64,000 bases of DNA, from positions 604,696-668,695 of the forward strand of contig NMRA01000003.1 in NCBI GenBank assembly GCA_002633005.1. The letters are read 5' to 3'. Numbering within the stretch: position 1 is the first letter of the stretch; each line of letters starts with the position of its first letter. The stretch comes from Phoronis australis. Taxonomy: Eukaryota > Animalia > Phoronida. The translations under genes were made by a program, and so were the position numbers. This document shows positions 27,801 to 41,900 of the stretch, in pieces. A model generated the notes under the pieces. The model was not told the DNA's origin. It worked only from the letters and a program-made list of their open reading frames with translations, and made no database searches.

Positions 27801-30800
27801 ACATTTCCTAGTGAATAAAATGTGTCACTGCTAGACGTAGCACTACTGTTATATGGTTCCTATTTAATAGTCTTACACTCTCCAAGTGTATTTTTCAGGA
27901 TGTGGTAATTCAATATGCCTCACTTACTTTAGAGGTGTTTAGCTGAATGGTTTTCATAACATGCACTATTTTCCACCAACATAATGAGCTGAGGTAGAGA
28001 TAATTTTAGACCACCGTTCCTTCAATCTGCAGTGTTTAATGACGTTGCAAAATGAAAGAGGGTATTTGCAGTCATTTCAAACCTCCAGCTTAAGTGTCAA
28101 TAACAGTTTACCATGTAGGTGGCAATTGTTAACCCTTAGGACATATGAAAGATATTCAAAATGTGGGTTTTTACCTTTAGATCTGGGTCCTCTCCACTCA
28201 CTTGGAACACCGAGTTACCAACAGGTGTTTTCTCAGAGATTGTCTTGGTATATGGTAATACACCAGTGAAGCGCGGATTCTGCTCGTCTCTGGTAATCTC
28301 AATGATTACCTGTGCATCAGCTGTCCGCTTAGGGTTCCCACTGTCACTGGCCCTCACATTTAGCTAAAGATAAAACACTTGTTAACAATATCCTCTTATT
28401 CACAATTTGTGTGTAGAGACCATGCAATAACCTCAAACCCAAGTCTTAGCATGCCAATAAAAGGATAAGAGACAGGGTTTTAGTAAAAGTTGGAAGCGGA
28501 GTAAAGTACTACGGCTTTATAATGGTTTATTAAGAAACTGTAAGTTGTATTTTATAACAGTATTCCTGTGAAACGTAGGACTGCTTCGTAAATACAAGGA
28601 AACCTACCAGTTGACCTACACATTGTCCTACACAAGGTTTGATTCAAAGACACACAGGCACATTACATAGGTTATGAATGCAGTGAATAATAAAGAATAA
28701 ACACCAGAACACTAAATGTTCACACAACATAGAGTGCAAAATATAACGAATATCCAAAATCATGCATATTAAGGGGTGAGCTAGGAAACTACACAAATTA
28801 TGCATTAATGACAACAACACGAGTCACTGTTCGTTTGTGTAAACTGAAACTTCCACTTTGTGACTCAAACAAGGAGGTTAATGAAAAAAAGCTTACAATC
28901 TAAAAAGCTTGAAAGACACTAAGAAAATGGTGATATACTTACTACCATCTTTTAGGGGCAAAAGAAAAATTAAATTGACAAAATCGTTAATTTAAATAAC
29001 AACAACACCATTATATGTTCATGTTTCTTCCATCAATATTATACATATCTTTCAGTTGTCTTCTCATTGAGTTTTTAACAATACATAATTATCAAGAGGA
29101 ATCTGAAACCTCAACATCAAGCTATCATTAATGTAAAGCCCAGTTGGATGCAAGTAGTGCACTGTATGGAAAATGAGCAACACTTGAAATGGGCTTACCA
29201 CCAATGGTGAACCAGTCGTTGTCTTGAGATCACCAACTAAAAGGACCTTTCCATCAGAAGTCACCAGGAACATATCTTTGTAATTCAGTCCCTCGAAAGT
29301 GACATCAGTCTGAAAATACAAACATGACAACAGGCTTGAATATTGGGTCAATGCATACTGACTGGCTTAAAATGACAATGAAATGCCAGGAGTACAGGAC
29401 TGCACATGGATGATAGGGGAGCTACTTCACACTAGTTGCTCTTGATGCAAATCTCCTTTTAAACATTGTGTTTTCCTGTTGGAGTCTAGATACCAGTAAC
29501 ATGACCAAATTCCATTTGGTATAAATGTTCAAATGAAATCTCATTGTATTTTAATTAACACCTAGGATAAAACTTCAGAACAGTGGAGGGTTTTGCAGGC
29601 ATCTCTTCAAAATGATTCAAATAATATATGGTGTTAATTTGTTGTATTATAAGACAATTGACCTTTTCATAAACATGCACCTAATGTTAACATAAATTAA
29701 TTAAAACATGTAAGTGTGAATGAGAGAGTGAAAGTCCTCCCCCTTCCCGTTTCCTTCCCCCTTTTATAGTAATCGCTGCTAATTAGCCGTCCAATCATTA
29801 TGAGTTATTTTCCAGATACTTATTTGTTCTATTTGTATGACGCATTATTCTTTAGTATGTAGTAAACATATGTAATTGGGGCCACCCAACCCCAGCCGAA
29901 TCAACTAATGATATGCTGTCTGGCTAAAATAAACGTATTAAAAAAACAAAAAAAAAATCATTTTGTTTTCGTTTTATGCAATTCTTTATACCACATAACA
30001 CTGTCATAAAGAGCACACAGAACATTTAAGAGTCAAAACATACTTCGGGAAGTAATATGATTAGGTAACTCATCCAAATATTGACTATTTCAATTCAGTC
30101 AGAGGTTGTCTTGTGACTACGTCAAGGAAGTTCAGTTTGACAGGCTTAATCAGCATGATACAGGTTGATATCACATGTAAGAAGTGGGTTGGAAGAGAGT
30201 GCAGCTTTAAATAATCTACAAAACGTTCCTTAAATGCACTTACACCTTCAGGATCTGTTGCATTCAGTGTCAAAAAATGTGTCAGAGCCTTGTCATCCTC
30301 ATCCAGTTTGACTCTGTAAGGGGTGCCTATAAACAGGGGCACACCAGGGTTCTGCTTGACAATAATGGTTAGGGTGGACTGAGCCTCTCTTTGAGGATAG
30401 GCACTGTCAAAGGCAGCTATTGTAGCCTGAAAATATAACAAGCACAGTTCATAAATAATGTCAGTAAGAATAAAACTAAGACGCATTCTTTGTAGGCTAC
30501 AACACATTCTTTTAAGATGTATCGCTTAAAACAATCCCTAATGACTGACCAGTGCATTAAATGCAAAATGAAAAGAAATAGTGTAAAATAGTGAGTGACA
30601 CATACTTTGAAACATTTCAAACATATCTAACGTAAAATAAAAAAATCAGAACATGACACTAGTTTTAATACTTTAATATTTTTATTTTAAAGAATGTAAG
30701 CTGCTTTAGACAGACTTACTGTGTAGGTAGACAAGCCATCCTTCAGGTCTCTGCGCACCCCTATCTCACCACTAGTCTCATTAAGTGTGAAGAACGAAGC

Positions 30801-33800
30801 TGCATTGTAATCACCCACAAATCTGTAGCGAATCGCGCCCTATAAACATAACATCACAAATTTTAATTTTTGATGTTTAGCAACACTACCAGCAGTTTCA
30901 ACAAAAACTTTTAAAACATATCTTCAGAATCAAGGTGTTCCTTTAAAAAAGAATTTAAACTTTTCTTATGAAAAATCATATAATTGAGATCCTGACCCTC
31001 CATTAGAATCATGCCACACACGTGAGTAGGTTACCTTTAGGTCGTCATCTCTAGCATTGACTGTGAACACGACTTTTCCAACATCTTCAGTGTCCTTTAA
31101 CTCCACTTGGTTGGGTAAGTTTATTATCACTGGAGCAAAGGCATCTCTAAGTATTGTGATAGTGGCTGCAGTCTCGCTCGACTTTTCCGGTATTCTCTGA
31201 TCTCTCACGCGAACATTGAACTGAAGAAATAACATCTGAGTGTTCAAATTGAAGTTAAAAGTTATAATGATTAAATTTCCACATAATATTCATGACTTAA
31301 AAATAAACTCAGTTTAAACCTACTCTTTAGGAAAGAAGGGGAAAATGGAATACAATACAAAATGTTTTTATAAACATCCAAAAATGACAGAAATGACTGC
31401 AGTGATAATAATCAAAGAAGAATCATTGTCTTGTGTTGTCATCCATCAAATTGTTAGCAAAAGATTACAGAAAAAAAACACTTCTCGACATATCATTCTC
31501 TATCAAGTCACTCACCTGATAGGTATTGTCTGGGGCATTCCTCAAATTGGCCTTGACTTTTATCAGGCCTGTCGCCGGATCAATAGTGAAATAGTTCAGT
31601 CCGACATTAGCTGGTGTCTGATCACCCACTAGTGAGTAAGTCAATGTGTCCTGAAAGGCAACGTGCATTGGATCTGAGGATTACAGTTCATATGTTGATA
31701 TTTAAAGAACAACTAAAAATTCCTTTCAGGGTTTTACTGCACTGGATTCCAGACCTTCATGTTGGATTCTGGCCTGAACAGTTAATGAATGAGTTAAATA
31801 GTCTCCAAATAAAGCTCAGTAATTTTCTATTTTATGTAAGTCAATTGTACATTTTATTTTCCTTTCTTGATATTTTGTTATAACTACCAGTCCTGTGTTC
31901 AAATTAATGACACAAAGCCCAAGTGTTCAAAACACTGAGATGTTCATTAGATGCCTAAAGAATGAAACAGAACTTTACGCTTTATATGTATTTTATTTAT
32001 CTATAACTGGCTAAGCAGCAAAACTATAGGCACATTCACGGTTTGCATTGGGTAAACAACATACAGACAGTTAACACCGACTTACGTTGACATCCTGGTC
32101 AGTAGCCTTCATGTCTAGAACTGGTGTGTCCACAGTCTCAAGTTCAGAAATGGACTTTCGATATGGACCAAAGCCAAATACTGGTGTGTTCAAGTTCCTC
32201 TCAACTGTTATGGTTACAGTTGCCGTAGCGACCTTTTGTGGACTTCCATCGTCATACGCAGTAATAACCAACTAAAATAGAATGATCGCCTTTAGTCAGT
32301 AAAAATTGTTTGGATGCATAAACATTTTATTGTTGATTATGAGAACATATCGAATTTTCTTCAAACTCTTCACTGCCCTTTCCTCATTATGTTACTACGT
32401 TCAATGCCAAAACATACCAAATATATGTTCACAGGCTTGTCAAGTGGCATCGTAATATCGTCGCAAATACAGTCTTGTCAATTCCCACAATGTGAGCTCA
32501 GAAAACATTGCTATATTCCATACAGAGCACAGACAAACCCTATTGTATTGCACACAAAAAATTAATAAGTGACCGAGTAAAAACTGACAAAAATTCACTT
32601 AGCCTAGGTAGGGTTCCAACACTAACTTGTCTGAGTCACAATCATGTAGTGTATAGACACAAAAATTCTCAAGAAGACCGCAGGGCCATAAAGCACTACA
32701 TGCCTGGATGTTGCAGACAGTGTGAAGTGGGCCTTGTGCATGAACTAGTGTGAAGTGGTTCTTGTGCATGAACTAGTGTGAAGTGGGCCTTGTGCATGAA
32801 CTAGTGTGAAGTGGGCCTTGTGCTTGAACTAGTGTGAAGTGGGCCTTCTGCACGAACTAGTGTGAAGTGGGCCTTGTGCTTGAACTACTGCTTCTAGGGT
32901 TAATCTTACTACTACTGCTAACCGACAATGTCTACTTTCTGCCATGGAGAACATTCATAAGCTATAAACAAATGAATGACATAATGCATTATAGCCATAC
33001 CTTGAACTGAGTCTGCCTGTCATCCATTGGGTCAAGATCTTTCTTGACAGAGATCATTCCTGTGCCTGCATCTACCTTGAAATACTCCGGAGATGGCTGG
33101 TGCTGGTTTAGTAAGGTATAAATAATATTGCCCTGCAAAATGATCAAATAGAAACCATTAAAAAACAGTAAGACATAATCAGAACAAGTAGTAACTAAAG
33201 ACAATTCTATTATTAGTATGAAATACTGTGTAGCCCTCACAAGTCAGAGACAGGCAGTACATAATACAATGGCAATTGAAGACACAGCAGACGTTGAGTG
33301 AATGTCTTTTAAATAAAGATCACAACTTCAACTATTCATATCCACCTGGGGTCTATTTCACTAATATTCGAAACTATGACCCTTTTGACTTGTGCTTTAA
33401 CTTAAAATTAAGTCACTGTTTCACTGAAAATATTTTCTTCCAGATCAAAAAGTCTCATTTCAATCTGAATTAAGAGATCAGACAGTAGTCATAACTAAAT
33501 AGTTGCTACAGTGCTGTTGTAAACCAGACTTACAACCAAACAGACTTAGTCTATAAGACATGAATTATCAAATTTTGCTAAACATGCAGACCCAAAAACA
33601 TCATGATCAGAAAATCACAGCTGTCACTGGTTTCATAAGGAAGCCAGCGCTGGCCATGTGATGAGCATACCTTCTTGTCCTGGTCAGTTGCCACCACATT
33701 ACTAATATCATTCAGGCCGTGGTTCTCCTTGATGTTCAAACTAAATGGACCTTGGAAAGATGGTGCGTACTGGTCTCTTTCAACATTGATGGTCACTTGG

Positions 33801-36800
33801 ATAGAGTCAGACTTCAAGGGTGTACGACCATCAGTGACTGTAGCGGTGAACTAGACGATTCGGACAAGAGCATTAATTACTACTGGAAATTAGTCCATCA
33901 ACAGACCTTCCTTAAACAAAGCTGATAATCTTGACTGTACCTCAATCACAATTTGCTTGATAACTCACGGTTTGCAGAGAACGAAACTACTAATTCAAAG
34001 ATGCATGCTATGAAGCACAGATGAAAGTTTACTAGTGAGTTTCACCTTTTATGATTGTGCTAGACATGAAACTAAATGCTAAAAATTAAAGAATTAGCTT
34101 TTTCATTTTTATGTTTTAGTATGAAATCACACTTTTTATTCACACCTTAGGAGAGGTATAATTCATAAAATTGTAAAGGAAAGCAATAGCAGCTTAAATA
34201 TTAAATGAAAATGGTGCTGACAAATAGCTCTAGGTAAAAAATTGGATGAGTAGCACAGAAAGAAATGTCCTTAGTTACGTTTTTAAGCAGTGGGAAAAGA
34301 AAAGTAAGACAAAATTTGTTTACTGGTTATTACATGTTTGTGAAATCTAAATAAAAACACACATCACTGCAGTGGACTTGTGGTCATGTTTTATAAAACT
34401 TCACCAGATGAACTTCAAAACTTGCTGCAGGCAAACCTAGATTTCCAACCATATTGGTTGTGTCTTAAGAAACTCTTTGGGCAACATGCAAGTTATCCTA
34501 GATTTCATGGTGATACTGTAGGATAACAAGTTGTAATCTAGACATGGTAATATTCACATGACTCTCTTTGACATAGAAAGAGTCAACACAGTGCAATGGT
34601 CAGCACGAACAGAAGTTGAAAAGAATAGAGAAGGGTATTGTGGAATCAACTTTGCCATCCGTTCTTGAGACGGAGTAAGATGCACTCATTCATCTCGTTC
34701 TATGTCAAGAGTTATCATGTAAAAGCAACAATACAAGCAAAATCAATCAAACATCTTTCAACCCAATTCAACAACATTGGAATCATACAGCAAAACAGTG
34801 TATGCCAAGGGAGCACCTGAAACTGTTTGGAACGTACCACGAACTGGTTCTGTGTTAACTGTGTCAGAAGTTTGGAGAGGTATAACTGCCCTGTGGCCGA
34901 GTTGATGAAAAATGGCAAGCCATCGGGTATAGAGTAGGTGAGTATGTCCTGGATAACAAATACAACATAGTAAACGGAACAATAGCCATAAACAGTGATA
35001 TCAACTATTAACAACTTCCCAACTGCTTTAGAATGCAAATACAGATTTTAAATTTTCAGTTTAAGAGAATGTTCATAGAATACTAGCATAACTAGAAAAA
35101 CATAGAGACCATGATTTTTCCACAATAATGGAAAATGGGACTTTCACGGAATAACAGATTTTGAACAAAATTTACATTATTTCAGTGACAGATACCATAA
35201 TTCTAATGTTTTTGGTTTATTACCAAAAATTAAGAATATAACCCATCAAATTCGACATTCTGGCTACATATTTATCGTTATGCAGCAGACATGTTCAAGT
35301 AGTTGCTTCTACTCTCTCAAGGTGGCACTGTTTACTTTCATGAACTAGTCCCCCGGAGTTATTCTCAGAGACAACAACATACAAATGGAAGTCATCACTC
35401 ATCTTAAGTCATATTTAATCCATAGACAGTTGTGATGAGATCAGATGACATACAAGTTATTTTCACACTTACATTGTCTGCATCTGTAGCATTGATATCC
35501 AGGATAAGTTTGCCCAAGGGATACAACTCCGATATAGTCTTTTCATAGCTGACAGAGCGGTCGATAACTGGTGGATTGGCATTTCGTGTAACACTGACTG
35601 TTACTGTGGCTGTGGCCTGGTTGTTAGGATACGTGTTGTCGTAGGCAATGACTACCACCTGGTGAAAACCAAGGGTGAAAAAGAATTGACAAAGTTTTAA
35701 ATTCACTGAAATCTAATTTCACACAAAACACAATTTTTGAACGCACACATCTTGAATATTTAGAAATAAACTAGGGGAACAGCAAGCATTTTGTATTACC
35801 TGATACTGGGATGAGCTCAATGAATCTTGTTTTAAGTCACGTCTCACACTGATAGCTCCATTGGTTGTGTTGAGATCAAAGAACATGGAGCCAGAAGCAT
35901 CACCAATCAGACCATACTTGATGACACCCTACAACACAATGTAGTTTGAGAGGAATGAGATGGTAAGAGCTAATTAACAATTTTCTACTAATCATGCTTG
36001 ACAATTAATAATCTGTGACGCTGATGGTGAAGGGATGTCTCGAATAGCCGGGATTAGTCTGACAAGTACTTGAGATTATACCACATGATGAAGAGCCCTC
36101 TTTAATAGAACGTTATTTCCCATGACTTCCCTTGTTACCACTTCTACTTTACCTGGCACTAGAGATGAATCTACAAATATGACAAAACCAAACTTCCCAC
36201 TCTGTTAACGAGAGCCCCCACAACTGATGACTACGCAGTATAATTGCCAGTCTAGTCCTGCCAACACGCGCAACAAAAGTCCTACATCACTATAATGAGA
36301 CTGCAGGATGAAATTGGACTCTGGTTTCTCAGCAACTTGGCACACGACAATCAGTCTGGAGTAGATAGAGTTGTTACCATACATGACCATAACTGAGAGG
36401 TCATGAACTCTAACTTGTCACCAAAATGGGTAAAGATTAATGGAAAATAGGCTGCAAACATTCATTTCAAGTGATTGCTATGACATCAAGAATGCTATTA
36501 CACGAGACAAAGAATACTAAATTATGTTGTTGCTACGAATTATTCCACTATATTGCAACTCAATTCTTTTAAACACTAATTTTTTTACTAAACACGAACC
36601 TTTGTTCTGGGAAGATCCAAATCATTGGCTACGACAGTGTAGACTGTCGACTCTGCAGATGTAGTCTCCTGAATGGTGACATGAGGACGAGGGTCACTGG
36701 CTGCAGGCTTGATGAAGAAAGGTGGATTGGAGTCACAGTTAATGGTGACCAAAACGTTCACTTTCTGCACATTCTTACCATCTGTGGCCTGCACTTCCAC

Positions 36801-38881
36801 CTACAAGAGTAAAGATTGCCTTTACAACTGAAATGGTGACAAACTGATCACAATACAGCAATAAAGAGCAGACAATGAAACATCTAGTCATTAAACAGAC
36901 AGAAACGCATATCACAAATGTACAATTATATGTTTCAAATCACAAGTTACACGGAAATAATGGCCATCGACTATACTATTCACATACTGAAAAAAATATG
37001 TCAATCTATTTATTTTATCTGACGAGGGCATGATGTCCTATTCAAGAGAAGGGCAATAGATTTTAAACTGATTCACATGGTACAACTCATTTCATTTACA
37101 TTAAAAGCATCAGCCCGAATGTTTAAGAAAATCCTTTTTCAGGTTTGACTTAAAGGTGCATCTGTCATGTAATGATATCTCAATCAGTATATTACGTACT
37201 GTGTCAGTGCGTCCCACGGTTGGACAACCTCGCATTTGCTTCAGAATAATGTCACCTGTGGTTGGATTAATGTAATAGTAATTCTTGGCAGCCTGGTTAC
37301 CAACTATGGAGTAGATCACTGTGTCCGACTAAAAGATAACACAAGGAAACATTTCACATAATGGTTAGAGAAAGTATTCAAAGTCTAAAACGACAAACCC
37401 GAACCTATGAATTCAGAAAATTAACAGAACACTCACCCATTCCTGTGCATTAAATAAATTTTAAATTTCACAAAAGTCGGTTATAAAATTTGCATGGTAA
37501 ATTTCAAAATAAAAAATAACACAATATTATTTTATGAAAAATCTCAAATTCATGCCAAATCAAAATTTATGCCACACAAATCAGCTACCTTGTCATTGTC
37601 CCTGGCTTCAACAGTTATCACAGATTTCCCTGCAGGCCAATAGTCCCAGATTTCAGTAGAGTAGCTAGTTTGAGTAAACACAGGTATGTTTTCATTTCTG
37701 GACATGGTAACAGTGATCACTGCGCGGCCTTTGTTGTCGGGATACTTCGTGTCGTACGCATGTATCGGTATAGTGTAAGTCATCTGAGTATCAGCATTCA
37801 ATAGCGTCTGGTTTTTCACAGTCAGAACACCGGTTGAAATATCAAGGCGGAACAACTGATAATTATAACTGCTTGGATCTGATATCTTATAGTTGATTTT
37901 CTCCTGAAATGATAAAGCACGCCTTTTAACATAATTGCCAGGGTCTAAAGCTTAACGTTCAAAGAGAACAATCTAGTACATATTTGTTTTTCAGCTAGGC
38001 TGTCAGCTAAACCCAGACAAAAGCATGCAATAGACCTCCAATAATCTACTTTTTAATAACAATAACTCAGCATGTTCTGGTAGTGCTTATGAACCAACTA
38101 TCAAGAGAGCATTACAAGTGCTTTTTAAACTAAACAGTAAATCCTTAGTTTGAGAACATTTTCCAATTTATCAACATGAACAGTAAATTACAACTGTTAC
38201 AGTTAACAATAACATGTCATACAATATGCAGTAAACTGTGAAAATCTTGTGTGAAATCCTGTGCGGAACGAGTTTAACACAAGAAGCATCTAATTAATTC
38301 ACAAAATTACACAAAGCTGACCTTGACATCTTGATCCAAAGCTTCCACTTGAGTGACTAGTGCAGACACCCTGGAGTTCTCGGACAAACCCGTCTTCAAG
38401 TATTGTGTTGTTGGCTGGGTGGTGCCATATACTACAAAGTATGGGTCATGCAGGTCGCGATTTACTGTAACGGTGACCTTGGCTGTGGCTCTCCGTCCTC
38501 TCTGGTCATCAGCCTCGACAGGGAACTGCAAATACAGTTTTAGTGCTAAGTATATGTCTACTAATGTGATGAATACAAGGACTTCCAACACACACACAGA
38601 AAAGTGAGATCCCTTATTGGGTCTACTCCCAACACAAAGTGAGATCAACTTATTGGGTCTACTCCCAACACAAAGTGAGATCAACTTATTGGGTCTACTT
38701 CCAACACAGAGTGAGTTCACCCTATGTGTTATCTCACAAAACAGAGCGAGTTCACCCTATGAGGTTCCCTCCCAACCCTATGGGGTTCACCTAGAAGGTG
38801 GATTGGACTGTGGGGTTGCGGAACTCCCCTGATATTTGGAAAGTTTAACTCCACTCCAACGGCAGTATTAATCACTGGAAG

Positions 38882-38912
<31 letters not shown>

Positions 38913-41900
38913 NTGTGTGTGTGTGCGTGTGTGTGTGTGTGTGTGCGCGTGTGTGTGTGAATCAACTACGCCGTCTTGTGTTTCATCCCACAAACTACCA
39001 CTAACTCAGATGCTGCTACCAAAAAGTAATAAAGGGAGTCGCAATAGAGTTGCCATATACCAAAACTTCTCTAAGAGTGACCCAGAGGAATCTACTCCTA
39101 ACACAGAGCTCACCATGTTGAGTACACCACTACATAATCAAGAACTAACACTGTTTGTGCAAACAAAAAAGGAAACATGGTTGAAACCACTTATCCCAAA
39201 GGAAAAATTAAATGACTGTGTACTTGGTGAATCTGAAGAGACATAACTACACAGAGCCATCATACTCATACTTTGCTCTCTTATTACCGTGCTGTACAAA
39301 AAGAAGACTTCATTTGATAATGACTCATTACATGATATGTCAATTAATCATTGCTTATTACTCTCACCAATCTCTGTGCTCAATGAAGTGGAACTCTGGT
39401 GTTAACAAAAACAACAGTGCTTTGATATAAATAGTTGTGGTCAAATGACTTCTTAACACCTGAACGAGTCTTACCACAAATGTAGTATTGTCTGTGTCTG
39501 TGAGAGGTTTTATCAGAATTATTTGTCCATCTGGTTTCATGAAGAAATAGTCCTGATAGCCACCCTGACCAACAATGGAATACTTCACAACATCCTGTAA
39601 AGACAAATGTCATACATAGATGATGATGTGGCCATGAAATAACTGTGTTGTGGCGAGAAATACGTCAGAACTATATTTCCTTTTTTCCCTCGGGAAGATT
39701 ACCGTTATCATCTCTAGAGAAAATAACCCAGGCAAAGCTGTAAGGATTAAGGTATTTGGCAGGCCAAGTGCATAAGAATTTCGGTAGTTGTTATAACTCA
39801 TGTTGTTACATATATCACTCACGTCTCCCAATTCTATACAGGTGTTGGTGTCGCTATATACAATAATTGAATAACACCTTACAAATGACAACTGAACCAA
39901 ATATATAGCACAAATCAATCATTAACATTTCCGTCAAATACCATCTACAATTTTAATTGTAACAAACTTGATGAAAATTAAGCTGAAAACAGTGTTTCAA
40001 ATATGTAAACATGCAACCTAAATGACACAGCAACTTTATTTGGCCAAGTAGTTATGAATAAGTCATTGCATATTACTACACCAAACACAGAATCATAACC
40101 TCCGGGTCCTAACTGTGTTGTATATAGTCAATATAAGCAAATAAAATCTTTAATTTTTACAACAAGTTCCATGTATTGTGATAGTGTTTTATCAATTCAA
40201 AGAAATTTTCCAAGTAATTCTCTTCTTTAACAAAACGTCTTGTTCTGATCGTCTGCTCAACCTACTGTTGGTCCAGTACTGCAGTAAAACAAGTAGCAGA
40301 AAGCTATTTGTCTATTACTGTGTTATTTGATCAATTTGTTCCATGTGTTGATTAGTTTAATTACTGCTATTTTACATGGAATAAACATACACTTTATGAG
40401 TTCAATCTTCTTGGTAATTCCACGACATGTAAACAAATGCTGTCACTGAGCCCTTGTTTAAATCAGCTTGAATATCATGTATCTCGATATAATAACCCAG
40501 AGTTATCACCACGTCCGTCATATAACAAATACTTATACATATACATATACATATTCTTATACATATACATATACATATACTTATACATATACATATACAT
40601 ATTCTTATACATATACATATACATATACTTATACATATACATATATAAAATATTGTTTTCTTTCATGGAAGAGTAATGTATCATTTACTTTCACCTGTGC
40701 AATATTTAAAACAGCGTACTCTCACTGTATATGCCAATCAACCATACCATGAAAAAAGGAATTCGCCACACGGACAGGAGAAATGAGTAACAGATACGAG
40801 CATTTACAAAAGGCAATAGTAACAGTTACAGTAGTAACAGTTACAGAAGGCAATACATGCCATGAACACACCCTTTAAACCAGACTGCATCATCAACCGC
40901 TTTTACATAGCACATGCTTGCTATCTAGTAGCAAGGCCCAGTTTCTATTGTGAATTAGTGATCCAGATTAGCTGATAAGCCATACTGGGAACTACTTTTC
41001 AGTGAATAGCTCAAGGCTGGAGTTTTTGTTGACAAAACTGCTTCACTTCGACAATTTTGAAAATTCAAAAACTCAAATTGTTACTCCTCTACTCAGATTT
41101 ATAGTTTTCAACAAGAAAATTGAAATTACATCTTGGTTGCTGATCTCATCGGAAATTTAAGTGACTACCCTCACTACATGAACAAGATAATGGAGTCACT
41201 CCTTTGATGAAGAATCCACTAGTGAGATTGGAATGTGGAAAACACAGTTAGGTTGACCACCTGACCCTCAAAAGATTTCTCCAACTCGATCCTTATCTCG
41301 TTTAAAGGGGATGTGTACAGCATGATAGATCTCACAGCTACGAGTGTGGTGTAATTGCTTTTTATTTACAGAGAACAGTACAAAAAGAAATAGCCCATTA
41401 ACAAAACATGGTGTTACCTGATCTGCATCAGTGGCAGCAACTTTGACTACATCAGAGCCCAGTTTGTCATTTTCATCCATGGACGTTGTGTAGTCATTCA
41501 GAGTAAACTTGGGACTATTCAGATTCCTGTTCACTTTAATGTAGACAGTAGCAGTAGCTGTCTGAGTCTTCACACCTGCTCGTCTGGCTTCAACAAGTAG
41601 CTGAGAGGAAAGAGACAACAAATGGGTGTGGCAACAAACCTCAATCACGTGAGCCACACTTTCTTTACGATCAAATGAAAGACATTCTCATGAACTTGTA
41701 AGCTTAAATGATTAACTGACATTTCAAGAACAAAAAATGAAGGATTCTAAAAACAAAACAAATGTTAAATTTGCATTCTTACAACATAGTCAGTTAGCTG
41801 GGCCTTGTCAGATGTTAAGGACTTCTTCACAAAAACTTCTCCACCTTGAGTACCACTTTTGACTCCGAAGAACTCTGGACCTGAACTGTAGCCAACAGTT

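Noticed and set aside
32720-32887. CRISPR-like appearance of the 28-bp repeats (also the 22-, 36- and 40-bp arrays)
   Set aside because: Units are head-to-tail with no unique spacers, there are no cas genes, and the context is a eukaryotic intron.
40437-40752. ORFs with YT/YI/MY repeats (also the CV/HT ORFs at 38.7-39.2 kb and repeat ORFs at 1.5 and 53 kb)
   Set aside because: They are translations of simple or tandem repeats in introns, with no coding evidence.
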